A DNA stretch of 64,000 bases from Lama guanicoe (taxonomy: Eukaryota): the NCBI GenBank assembly GCA_013239625.1, contig MU057102.1, forward strand, positions 3,159,713 to 3,223,712, given 5' to 3'. The notes beneath the pieces were generated by a model. It did not search any database, was not told where the DNA came from, and saw only the letters and a list, made by a program, of their open reading frames with translations. Positions within the stretch are counted from its first letter, which is position 1; each line of letters starts with the position of its first letter. Positions 37,364 to 49,600 of this stretch are shown here, piece by piece. Made by a program: the position numbers and the translations under genes.

Positions 37364-40300
37364 GTGGGGGTGGGGTTGGGTTTCCGATTGGCCCCTTCCC
37401 AGGCGCCGACACCTGCCCTGGGTGCGACGGGCTCATTCTGCTGCTGTCACAGATAGCACCTCCGGCGCTCCCCGGCTGTGCAGGGGACAAGGGCTGGCAC
37501 CGGACTCCAGTCGGGCACGGTGGGCCAGGGCCCCAGGGGAGAAGCGGCTGGAAACGGGAAGCCCGCTCCCTTCCCATCAGGACCTCTCAGGGGCTTGTCC
37601 GCTTCTGGCTCATGAGTGCCCGCCTCCCCCAGCACCGAAACCCAGTGCCCTGTGGGGACCATACGGAGGGGGCTTCCCAGAGGAGCATGGGGTGGGGGTG
37701 GAGCAGACTTGGGGGTCCAAAGACATTTCCTCCTCTCCAGAACACAAACCTCCCCTGCACCCGACTGGCACCAGGCCCCAGGTCAGATGAAGTGGTCAGA
37801 GAGAGAAGGAGATGGTAGGCGAAACGGCTACAGCCTGCCCGGCTCCCCACTCTGGGTCTTGTGACTCCTGGGCTGGCCCTGCAAGCAGGGGACCATGGGA
37901 ACCCTTTAGTGACTGTGGCACCCTCCCACAGCCTCAGTTTCCCACCCTGGGAGATGGGCTGCCTGTCCCCAGGTGACCCAGCATTGCTGGGCCTTTGGGC
38001 ACATGTGTCTGGGTGTCCAGGCCTCTGTATGGCCTTGAACTGGCTCTGACAATCGGCTGGCGCCCTTGCCCAGCAAACTGGGTCATCCCATGGCCTCCTG
38101 TGCACACACTGTCAGCTGCTGCACCTCACAAGTACTCACTAGCCCTAAGCCTGTGGTAGGCCATTCCCAGGACCCCTCCCAGGGCCCGGGGCCTATGCCT
38201 GCCCAGAGGCCACGTGCTCACGCATGCGCCCCATGTCCCATGCACCCCCCCCCCCGTGCCTGCATCCTTATTCACACAGAGGGACCAGGCCAGAGCCCTC
38301 AGGAGGACTTGCTGGTCAGGCTCTGGGCTCCAGGCCACCCTTAGAGGTTGGGTCAGCAGAGTGGCAAGGGAAGCCAAGGACTATGCGTCCAACAACCCCC
38401 ACACTGCCTGTCCCTCCTTGCCGGGCCTCTGCAGGCTGAGATGGGGCCTCCACCTGCCAAGGCCCCAGTTCCCCACTTCAAAGCCGCAGTGGTCCATAAC
38501 GGGTCGGGGTGGGAGTGGGATTGGGTGCTGCACCCGGAGCCAGACCTGGAGGCCCCAGCAAAATCGAGAGGCCCCAGCACCGAGTCCCCTATCTGGTGGG
38601 CTGGGACTGGGGAGAAGAGCTTCTGGCCTGCAGTCCCAGCCCTTCCAGGTTCCTACACACCCGGCCGGGCCTCTGGACAGAGGCAGCCCCTCTAAGGTCG
38701 CACAGCAGGCCAGGGTGGGGGCAAACAGAGTGGTGACATCCCACCCCCCACCCCTACCCAGCCATCCTTCACAGCCCACTGGCACTCAGTCTGGCCGTGG
38801 ACCCTCCCACCCCCCAACCACGTGCTGTACCAGGCCCCCCATCACCAATGGGGAGGGCCTCAACTCTGAGCCGCAGCTCCCCAGGGACCTGGAGCTCTGG
38901 ATTGGAGAGGTTTGCAAAACCCACAGAGCTTCCCCCAGGGACCTCCCAGGGCCATCCCGCCCAGACTGAGCTGGACACCCCAGCCTGTATTGCTGAATCC
39001 CCTCGGCCCTGCTATCCTGCCCCCTCCAGCTGCAGAGCCTGCAGTGCCAGGGCCTTGGACCCTTGGTTCCTCGCCCCCAGACCCCACGCCGCTCCTCTGA
39101 GTGAAATGCTGGGGGGTGGCTAAGCCCCACAAGGTGTTAGACCCCAGCCAGATGCCAAGACCACCTCCCATCACCTCTGTCCCAGGCCGCTGTCCAGGTG
39201 AGAGGTAGCACAGGCAGGGAGACACGACCTGGCCAGGCCACCAACCCCACCACTAACCAGCAATGGGCCCCTGCCACTGGCCCTCTGGACCCCAGCCCTC
39301 CCCAGCTCCTGCCCTGCACTTGGACATCCCCACTCCTGCGTGCTCTCCTGTAGGCTCTCGGCTTTGAGCTGGGAGGGGGTCTTCCTGCGGTGAGGTGTTT
39401 CTCCTTCGTTGGGGGTGTGGTCACTGAGCTCCACTCTCGGCAGGTGGGCACAGAGAGGGAGTCCCTCAGGCCTCCCCTCAGAAATGGTCCCAAGTCACCC
39501 CACCCAAGCCAGCTCCACCCCCCACCCCGCCCCTGTGCCCCCCTGGCGTGAAGCCCAGCGGCTGCGGAGCAGCTCATTAGCACAGAGTCCGCCCCGCCGA
39601 GCTCGCTTTAATTGGGGCCGGCAGGACGTGAGAACCTGGGGACCCCGTGCCCGGGCTGCGAGGGAGGGGGCACCCGCCTGAACCGCCCGCAGCGGCGGCC
39701 CGGATTAGCGCGGCTCAGTGGGCCCAGCCAGTGGTAATTAAAACTGCCTGCCCGGCCACAGCGGTGAGGGAGGCCCTGGTGCCCGCCCGGGCAGGGCTGC
39801 CCTGCACACCCCGTGCCCGTGGTCCCTGGAGTTGCTGTACGCTGGGGACTGCCTCCGTTTCCCCTTCTGAAAGTTGGGCTGACACAGTCTGTCACAGTGA
39901 GGCTCATAAGCGGATCTGGCTTCTGAGTAGGGTGTGAGCTGACCAGCCCGCTTGCTTCAGCCAGGACCCTCTGGGGACCCCTGCAGTCATCTGCTTCCTT
40001 GGAGCCTCCCAGGAGCTGCCCAAAGGCCTGGCTAGGTGGCTGGATAGCAGAGCCTAAGACAGGGGGCCTCCCCGGGCTGAGCTCACATGCGGGCATGCAG
40101 GTCTCTGTGCCTGTGCGCCAGGCGGGGCGGCGGGGGTGCGTCCCAGTGGGGCTGGCGGCTGCCGGACATCGCGACCATTGATTTCTCTTGACCTCACCTG
40201 AGCTCCCTGCTGTCCCAGGCCCTCACTCGGAGCCCTGGGGCCAGGAGGCAGCTCAGGCTGGAACAGAGGGGCCACTTTGGTCCAAGGAGAGGTGCAGGTG

Positions 40301-41389
40301 ACAATGCAGGGGCTCAGCTTCCCCTTTCCGCCTGACAACCCCCTGGGGGTTGACTCCAGAAGAGCAGTCCCAGAAGCTCTAGAAGGTTCCTGGAGGGACC
40401 CTGGTATGCGCTGGCCAAGCGGGGTCGGCGGCCAGGCTGAGTGAGCGGCTGAGGGGCACAGGAGGGCAAAGGCAAAGGGGGTGCTGGCGCAGGAGGCCTT
40501 GGGGCCTGGCTTCTGGCATCTTCTGCCCTTGGGATGAGGAGGTCATGGGGTCCTCTCCTGCTGATAGGCCCGGGGTGGGATGGCTCCCTCAGACGGTCAC
40601 CCCCACACCAACCCTGTCATTACTTGATCGGGTTTCCCACTGCAAACCCCAGGCTCCATGTGGTTTCTCCAGAGTCATAGGATCTGGCCAGGCCTGTCCT
40701 TGTCCTGGTCGGGGGGATGGGGGACCCTGGGTAGGGGGGTGGGCCTGCCTCTCTCCTGCCTTCCCAGAGGCAAAAGGGTCAGAGTCAGTCAAAACCTCTT
40801 GCAGCCAGCAAAGGAAGGACTCCTGGACTCCGCATCACCTCAGTGGCCTCCCACAGCTGCGGGTGCCCCCTGGAACCCCACTGGCCCCACGTCCGCTTGA
40901 AGTGGGTCCTGAGCCATCTGGGGCCCAGGGAACAGGGTGAGGGCCCGAGGATACACGGCAGCAGAGCTGTGGGCTCCTGGCTGGACGGCTGTGCTTTCTC
41001 TCAGGCGCGATCCCAGGGGCAGCCCCTGGGCCCTGCAGGCCCTGAGAGTCAGCCCTCAGGGAGGGGGCTGGGAAGGGACTCACAGTGGCCCAGCTGCATG
41101 GGCACGTTGGACACCAGCACTTGCTGGGCCACGTCAGTGCCCACCTACCCGGTCCCACAGGCCTGCCCAGCTCCGTGCTCCCCCACAACACCCGCCCAGT
41201 GGGGGCGGGGGGTACTGTCAATATTTTACAACCAAACTTGAGAGGCCATCCTGACTCTGGGGTGGGAGCAAGAGTGGGGCCCACAGGCAGCCTGGGTCTG
41301 GTTTGGCCACATTTTTTCTCTTGGGAGACAGGCCTGTTGCTTCCTCTGATGAAGCTGTTTACTCTTCCCAGGGCAGGAGTGCTTGCCCT

Positions 41390-41435
41390 GGTGTGTGTGC
41401 ATGTGTGTGCACACGTGTGCATGCACATGTGTGCA
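41390..41435. repeat. Alternating purine-pyrimidine (TG/CA) tract
   Basis: gtgtgtgtgcatgtgtgtgcacacgtgtgcatgcacatgtgtgca. Confidence 0.85.
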
Positions 41436-41709
41436 AGTCCCTGTGCTCGGGTCCCAGGAAGCAGGTCAAGTTTGAGCTGGTCCCCAGCAATGAGCAGGAA
41501 CAGAGGCTCAGAGAGGGGAGGCCCAGCCCAGGCCACACCCTACATGGTCCAGGCTGAGGCCCCCACTCCAGGCCCATCAATGCTGTATAGATGTTGAATC
41601 CTCTGGGCCAACAGTTAGTTGCCCCGAACAGGCAGGTGGGTGGGTAAGAGTGAGGAGGAGACCCTGGGTGTGCAAGCTGAGGGTCAGGTGTCTGCTCCTC
41701 ACCGGCTGG

Positions 41710-41790
41710 CAGTGTGACCTGGAGCTGCTTCCTGGCCCTGCACCTCCGTTTCCTCATCTGTAAAGTGAGGGTAACAGTAACACCTCCTTG
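41710..41790 (+). mobile_element. MIR fragment
   Basis: gtgtgacctgg...cctccgtttcctcatctgtaaagtgagggtaacagtaacacct (MIR core). Confidence 0.75.
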
Positions 41791-42329
41791 TCATCTAACC
41801 TGAGCCAAGTGTCTGAGATCGGGTCCGGCAGGCAGACAGCACTCAGCTATTAAATTCTTAATTAAATCCCTAAGTGTCCTTCCTGAGTTCCATCTGTGGA
41901 CAGTGTCCTCTCCATTCTGCAGCCTTCCTTCTGGCCCCCTCTGAAGTCACTGACCCCAGGGCTTAAGAATTATTTTCAGAGAAAAGGCTGAGACCCCAGC
42001 TGGGTGTTGGGGGACGGATGCTAACCCACCCATGTGATCTTGGAGCCAGGGTTCCAGTAGAAGATGGTTGCAGGGACCCAGGGGTCCAGAGCTCAGCTTG
42101 GGAAAATCCTGGCAGGCTGCTGGGAGAAGGCAGTGCAGGGGTTGGCGGCAGAAGGTGGGAAGCGAGGGCCTGGAGGTGGGCGTGGGCCCGGCTGCAGTAG
42201 TTCTATGGAGCTGCGTGGGGACTGAGGGACCTTCTGCCATTCAGACTTCGCCTTGGACCGGAAGGTGGCAGGGGTCTCCCCACGTCAACCCCTGGAAGCT
42301 GTGGAGGATAAGGGGGCCTCTCGCTCAGC

Positions 42330-43130
42330 GACGCCTGCCCCAGCTCTGAGCAGGGGAGGCGGCTCCGCGGGGCGGGCACCCAAGTCCACCGAGCTGCGGG
42401 CCGCTGGCCTCCTGCCCCGGCCGCCCCTGGGAGGGCGGAATTCCGGCCGCAGCCGGGCGAGCGGGACGCCGGCGGTCTCCGGCGGGGCCGCCCCGCCCCC
42501 GTTTCTGCCCCTCCCCCGGCCTCCCCACTCGGCCCGCGGTCCGGCCTGCGCGGGGGCGGGGCCGGCGGAAGGGGCGCCGCGGGCGCCGCTCAAAGGGCCG
42601 CTAATGTTCGCTAATCCCGGCCTTTCAAGCGGCCGCGGCCCCGGCTGTTGGCCCAACAACAGGCGTCTGAAAGCGGGGCGCGGGGGCCGCTGCCCCGGCC
42701 GCCCCGCCCCCGACCCCGGCGGCCGCGGGACCCCGAGCGTGCAGGACGGGGCGCAGGTGCGTCCGCGCCCCCGGAGCCCTCGCCGCCCCGCCGGGAGAAG
42801 CGCTGTCCCCGTCCCACCACGTCCCCGCTGGGGAGACCCGGGCCCAGGGCGGGCGGTGGGGAAGGGGCTGGCCGGGTCGGGTGAGGGCCGGCCGGTCCGC
42901 CCCCTCCGGCGGCGCGGCGGTTCCCAGGCCCAGGAGGGGCGCGGGGGCCTCACGTCGCAGACGGGCCGGGCCCCTCCGGAGCGTGACCCCGGCTTTCAGC
43001 GACGCCCCTGGCCCGGCCCCAGCGCCTCGTTAGGGATTTAATTAAGGAGCCGCCGGGGATTTGCATAATCTCTGAGCGGGGCTGGGAAGCCTGGGGCGGG
43101 AGAGCTGGGCGCGGGGAGGAGCCGGCTGAG
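42330..43130. promoter_or_regulatory. Orphan CpG island about 24 kb upstream of FGFR3
   Basis: Dense CpG, multiple GC boxes, octamer and homeobox motifs; no coding exons. Confidence 0.8.
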
Positions 43131-46100
43131 CAACTATTTGGGTTGGGGTCTCCCAATCCACGGGACAGAAGGGTCCTGTAGGATGTGAGGGCCCAGGCCC
43201 GGGGCAAGAGGACTCTTTTGTATCAGAGCGGGTCCTGGAATTCCCCATTTGAGCCAGAGGGTCCCTCCTCCTCCCCATCTGACCAGAGCTGTAGACTCAG
43301 CTGGACCTGGGCCCCAAGGCGAGGGGAGGGGCGCCCCTGGAGGCGAGGTGGACACCCCCTCAAGCAAACAGTGAGTGCAAACATTCCAGCCCCAGCCCAG
43401 CCCTGGGGAGCAACAGGCCCCGCCCCTGCCCACAGGTCCTTGGAGTTTGCCCCCCCTCCCCTGGCCGTCAAAGGGTCAGAGCAGAGTGATGGTGGAGGGA
43501 GGCTGAACACCCTCCCAGGGCAGGACATCCCCTCCCCATCAGTGCCTGCCCCGAAGTTCTAACTGGAGCTTCTGTGCTGACCACTGAGTGGTGATGGTGG
43601 CCCCAAGACACGTCCCTGGACCCTGGACACGAGAGTGGAGGTTAGAGAGGCCTCCGGACCTGCCTCTCCTGGGTCCTAGGGGTCAGTAAGGCCGACACTG
43701 CAGGGGTGTGTGGGGAGTAGTCTTGCTCCCCTCATATTCCCAGAATCTGTCTCTACCTTCAGTCCAGATGGGGAGACTGAGGCACTGACAGGGCTTGCTC
43801 TTTGCCGCTGGGTCAAGGAGGTTGGTATGCCCTGACCTCCACTGCCCACCAGCATCTCAGACAGGACAAGGGCATGATAGCGTGGCCTCTGGAGGGTGGC
43901 CAGGGCTCAGCCAGGAGGCCTTTAGGGTCACAGCCACAGCACCAGCAGAGCCCCTCTCCCAGTGCCTGGCACCTGACTGCCCTGCGGGCACTCCCACAGC
44001 CTTCAAAGGGCGCTGTGGGGCCTGCGTGGGCAGGGCCTTTCATCTCCTGGGTGGCAGGCTGGGGGCTGGAGGATCCCTGAGGGTAAGGCCACATCCCAGG
44101 CCCTTTCCCTGGCACCCCAGTAGGACTTGGCACCCCCACCCCGCCCTGGGGTATCTGCAGTGACTCCTGGGGCTTCTGAGTCAAAGCTAAGTCCCCACAG
44201 TGCCCTCGAGGCTGGAGTACCTGGTGCCTTATGCCCTGTGGCTCCAGTTCCTGCCTCCCCCAGCTCCCTCTGCATCTCAGACCACTCAGGCCTCCACCCA
44301 GGAGTGCCCCCCTGGGGTGCCCTTACTGACCGCTCACTGACCTCCTCCTCTGCGCTCAATGAAACCTGGGATGGGGTCTTTTTCACACGCTGTGGTCTGT
44401 CCCCATTGGGAGGCCGGCCCCATCCCCAGCCAGTCTCATTCATGGGGCCCCACCCTACGTTGGAGGGCAGATGTGAGTCACTGGTGCCCCATGGGGTGGG
44501 CATCTGCAAAGGGCTGTGTGACCCCTGGGGAGCACCCCCTCACCAGTTTTCAGATTGCCGCAGAGACTAAGTGGAGGATGAGTGAGCTTGGCACACAGGT
44601 GTTCATCCGCACCCGGGCCTGCCCCTGGCCAGCCTCGGTCCGGGCACAGTGGGGTGGGCTGCCGCAGGGGGAACCACACCCAGGCCCACCGTGGGGTTTG
44701 CCTGTTAGGCACCTCCCCTCTGCCATCTCCCAGAAGCACAGGGGCAAGGCCCAGAGTGGTGCCATGGTCAGTTTGAGCCTCCGGGCCCCATTTTGGCCTG
44801 GTCAGCTCAGCGGGCTTCCTCTGGGCTGGGTGAGAGAGGAGGAGGAGGCAGTGTGAACTGAGCCCAGCAGGTGGGCTCGGGGATCCTGAGTTGTAGCCTT
44901 ACCTGTGCCTGGCCTGGGGCCTGGGCAATGTTTTGGTCTTTCCAGCCCCTCTGTCTTTGTCCAGCTGTTTGTGCCCCTGAGAATCTCCACTCACCTAAGA
45001 GCTGGGGTGAGGTGACAGGAGGGCATGGCTGCAAGGACTACAGGTGGCAGGGAAGCTGAGGAGACCAGGAGTCAGGTGGCCGTAGGCTAGGCCTCAGCCT
45101 GAGGGTGGGCATCTGGCTAAAGCATGAGGGCATCCCCGCAGCCTGGCGGGAACTCTGGAGAGAGGTGGGCTTCAGCTCACACAGAATCCCGCCAAGCCCT
45201 GTTTTCAGCCTGGGTGCCTGGAAAGCCCAGAGAGCACCGGTCAAACTCAGAGGAGCCTTCACCAGGGAAGCCTCTGGACCTGCCCCCAGACCAGCCAGGC
45301 ACCGTCTGTGCTGGACTCGGGTGCAGGAGACGCAGCTCAGCCCTGCTGTCCAGCAGCAGTGCAGGAGGTGCAGGGAGGAGGGTGGGCCTCCAGCTACAGT
45401 TCCCACTGTGGCTTGTGGGGCCAGGGGTGCTCTAAGGAGGGGCTCTGGAGGAGCCTGGAAGCACAAGGGGTGGTGGGCAGAGGGTTCCACTCAGGGGGAG
45501 CCCCTGCAGGGGCAAGTACCTTGGGTGCCAGGGCCATAGGCCACCAGAGGCCTCCATTAAGGGGTGACTTATGGCAGCAGAAGCCCAGCTCACAGCCCCC
45601 TGGCTCGCCCGCCATGCTGGGGTCTGCAGGACCCAGGGCCCTCCCAGCCACGCAAGGAACAGAGATGAGCCTCTACTTCCCATTCATTTCCACTTGAATT
45701 GTCTAAATATTATCCCAGCCAGCTCCCATAGCCCCCTGGCCCCTCCCACCCTGGAGCTGGAGCAGCCAGGAGTGGGCGGAGGCCTCGGCGGGGGTTGGGG
45801 GCACACCTGAGGGCTGGCCTGTGGTTGTGGCCCCCACAGCCGAGCACCTCTCTGCTGAGCGGGGTATGACCCCACTGTGGGCCGAGCACCAGGCGGGGAT
45901 CTCCCCTCCACTCTTTGCTCAGCCCGAACTCTAAAGGAAGAGGTGCTCTCGGGGGTAGAGGTGACCAGGGGTCCAGGACCCCTGCTCTGGGTGCAGATCC
46001 CTCGGGGGAAACACAGGAGCCCCGGGACAATGTCTTGGAGTCTGGGGGTCGAGGGGGAGGCTGCCGGGCAGGGTGTAGGAGTGAGCCCCAGGCCCACCCC

Positions 46101-46189
46101 CCTACCAGAGCCAGTGCCTCCTGAAGGGGCCTTTCTCCGAGGCCCCGGGGTGTGGCAGAGCGCCCCCCTCCCCGCCCAGTGCCCAGCCC

Positions 46190-46660
46190 TGCTGTCGGCG
46201 CCTCCCGGCCGGGCGGCCACAACCCTGATGTTGCTTTAATAAAACAAAGTTTTTCTTTCGTGCACGGCCTCCAGTGGTGAAAGGGCCGATTTACTGAGCG
46301 CCGCGCCCCCTCCCGCCCCGCCTGCGCTGCGGTGGCGCTGGCCAGGCCGGGTAATTTATAGCTTCAACTTAGCGCACCCGCGCTGGGCCAGCCCGCGGCA
46401 TGACTGGGGCCATTTATCCCGGCCCCCCGCCGCCCAGAGGCCGGCCTTCCTCGGCGCTCACAGGCGCCACTCGCACCCGGCCGCCGCGCGCCCGCCCAGG
46501 CCACGTTCCCTATTAAGCCATTTGGAAACCCTGCGGAACCCCGCGGGTGAAAACAAACTGGCTGTCTGTGCCTTGGCAGGCCCCCGGTCCCCGCCGCCAC
46601 AGCGAGACCCCCCTCGGCCGGCCGGTTCCACGGGGGCGCAAGCCTGAGCCGCCACCGTGA
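46190..46660. promoter_or_regulatory. Orphan CpG island with embedded AT-rich TF motifs, about 28 kb upstream
   Basis: CpG-rich, with TTTAATAAAACAAAG, GATTTAC, GTAATTTATAG, TATTAAG and AAAACAAAC. Confidence 0.7.
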
Positions 46661-49600
46661 GGGCCCTGTGGCTTCTCTTCTGTGCAGCCCGATTCAAGCT
46701 TCCTCCCGGGAATTCAGACTGCCTGGAGGAGAGGGATTCAGTCACGTCCCAAGAACACCGTCCTGTTTGGAAGCTCCGAGGTTCAGGGCCCGCTTCGCTG
46801 AGGCCAAGAAATAGCTTCATTCATGAGGTGTTCACTGAATGGCCAGTGTGTGCGCGGAGCCCACCACCCAGCCCAGGACCCCCACCCCAAGGAGGAAAGG
46901 GTGCGGGTGCCTCTACAGGGCTAGACTTCCTCCCAGAGGGACTGGGAGGCCCTTGAGACAGGCTGAGCCTCAGGACCCCAAGGATGCAGCATGCTGTAGT
47001 GGGCAGAACTCAGGGGGCTCCCTTGGAGGACTGGAACCGTGACCAGTTCTCTTGGAGGGGCTGCTGCCCATGACCCGTGGACACATCCGACAGGCAAACC
47101 CACCCTGGTGGCATCTGGGGGCCTAGGCCCTGCTCTAGGTCAGAGCCCCCGGCACAAGCACAGAGGGACACACGGACACACACGTGGGTCACAGAGTGAC
47201 CCCTACTCGTTGTCTACACCTAAACACAGCTAATGGGCGTCCTGATTGGGCACCCTGAACTTGACAGGGTCACACCCAGCTCCTGGCCCCAGCACCTACT
47301 GGCAGCTCTGAAACTGACCCAGATCTCAGGCCCGACCTTGGGGTCCTCTTGAGTTGGCTCACCCTCTAACCACTAGGGTACCCTGCCAGACTTTGGCATC
47401 CCCTCTGGCTGGCCTCGTCCACACTTCCCTGGGCCATCATGGGTGCCCTTCAGCAGTCTCCCTGTGTCTACCTGGCCGCCAGTATCTGTTCAGTGGAGGA
47501 GTCGTCCTAGGGAGATGTGGGTGGGCCATACTCCTCTGCTGAGTGCCTGGCTCTCCACCGGGCTGGGAATTCAACAGCAGAGGTGGCCCTGCAGAGAAGC
47601 CTGACCTCTACCTGCTGCCCAGTCTGCTCTGGCTGGGCCCCCAACCCTGACCCCACCTCGAGGAGTCAGGCCAACAGCAGGAGCTGGAATCACATCAACC
47701 CCACTTCCTGGAGTCTGATTTCAGGACCCCAGCCCAGCCCAGTGCAGGATGTGGAGGGCCGCAGCGGGGGTGGTCTCAGGCTGAGGACACAGGTCCTCCT
47801 CTGCAGGGACCTAGCACCTGGGGGTAGCGACGTGCCCTGTCTGGGCTGCATCTCCTTGCCTGGTCCCCCTGCAGCAGGCTGCTGGGAGCAGTGCTGGGGG
47901 GCTCAGTGCTCCCAAGGGTGCCCCTTCCCACTGTTCCTCTGCCTGCCCACCTCCTGGAGAAGCTGCTCGCTCCCAGCTCCCACCGTTGGTGCTCTCTGGG
48001 TTATCCTGTGTGGCTCAGATTAGAAACTTCTAGACACCTGGCTGTCCCGAAAAGTAAGGCTCAGGGCACCCAGGGGCTTGTCAAGGTCACAAGGTCACAC
48101 AAGGGTAAGTCCAAGGTCACAGCAGGTGGTAGGCCCAGGCCCACTTACACACCTCGAGGCAGGAGGTGAAAAGCAGTGAGTGGGGGCAGCAGGGTGGATG
48201 GGGGAACGGGTGGTGCCTCTGAGAACCTGGGGGGCCTGGCGGGGAAACGACTCAGCAGGAGTTGGGTTATCAAGGTGCCTCCAGGACCCTTTCCGCTCAG
48301 GACGTCCCACCTCCTCACCCCCCAAGGAGCCTCGGAGACAGCCACTTACACTGGCCTCCGCCTCGCCCATGCACCCATCTTGGAGGTGGGGAGACTGAGG
48401 CAGGAGGGGCAGCGAGGCCTTCGAATGGTGTGGAACGAGCAGGGAGCTGGCATCTCGACCTGCCACAGCTCTGGCCCCCAAGGGGCCCGTGTGGGGAGGA
48501 GCTTTGTGAGGGCGTTGCGGAGGGATGGCAGGGGCCCGGCCAGCCGGCGCGGTGGGGGCTTCCTGTGGGGAGGATGGTAGCTCCCACGCTGCAGGTGACA
48601 CCCCTGTGGGTGTCAGGCAGCAGGAAGGCTGAAAGCACGGGATGAGTGGGTGTTGCCAGCGTGTGTCCGGTGATGTCCGGAGGGCCTCCATCTCACCCAG
48701 GGCCTCTGGCAGGAGCCTGGGGCACAGGCTGCCCAGGGCGGGGGGCGTCAGGGACCTGGGTCTCTTGGAGACTTTCATTTGTTCCCAGTCTCACAGGGTT
48801 GGTGACGGGGGCCTGGCTGGCGTGGGCAGTCCCAGGCCAGGGCCCGACAGGGTTAAGGAGCGGCCTCCACTCCCACTGTTGTAGTTGGGTCATTAAAACC
48901 CCATCTCCTGCCTGTGTCCCAGCCCTCCTGGGGCCTCCCAGGCCTTTGTCTCACTTTCTAAGGCTCTGACAGGATTGGCCGGGTGGGGGCCCGGGAAGAG
49001 AGGGGGCCACGGTACACAAAGCCCCCGGCTCTGGTGCCTCCTCTGCCAAGATGCCAGGCTGGAGCCACTCCCAGGATGCCCTCCTTGGGAGGCTGGCACG
49101 GGCCAGGCTGGGCAGACGTTCTCCCAAGCCTGGCCTGGGACGGATCCACCCGGCCGCACCCCGGCCACCCCTGGGCTGTTCCCAGGCCCGTGGCAGAGCC
49201 CCCAGCCCTCACATTTGCCCACGCTCCGCTGCAGGTTGCTAGGAGCTGGGTGGGGGTGGGGGTTGGGGTGTGCGGCCGGTGGAGGATCCGGGCGTGGGAC
49301 AGGCGCCCCGGGACAAAGCCAGCCTGTGATTAAGTCATCTACCCGTTGGCTCCACGCATGCCCCCCTGTCAACTGACGGCCACCCCAGCCACACCCTGTG
49401 GCCGCTGCAACCTGACCACCCCCTGCTTCCTGATTAGACTCGAAGCACCCTACCCAACCCTGCTGCATGGCCTCTACTGCCCAGGTGCTCGTGACATCTT
49501 CCCAGCTCTGCTGCTGACCTGCCGGTGACCACAGTCAAGGCCCCTTGGCCTCAGTGTCCCCATTTGTTCCATGGGCTCCTGAAGGCCCCAGCTCCAGGGC

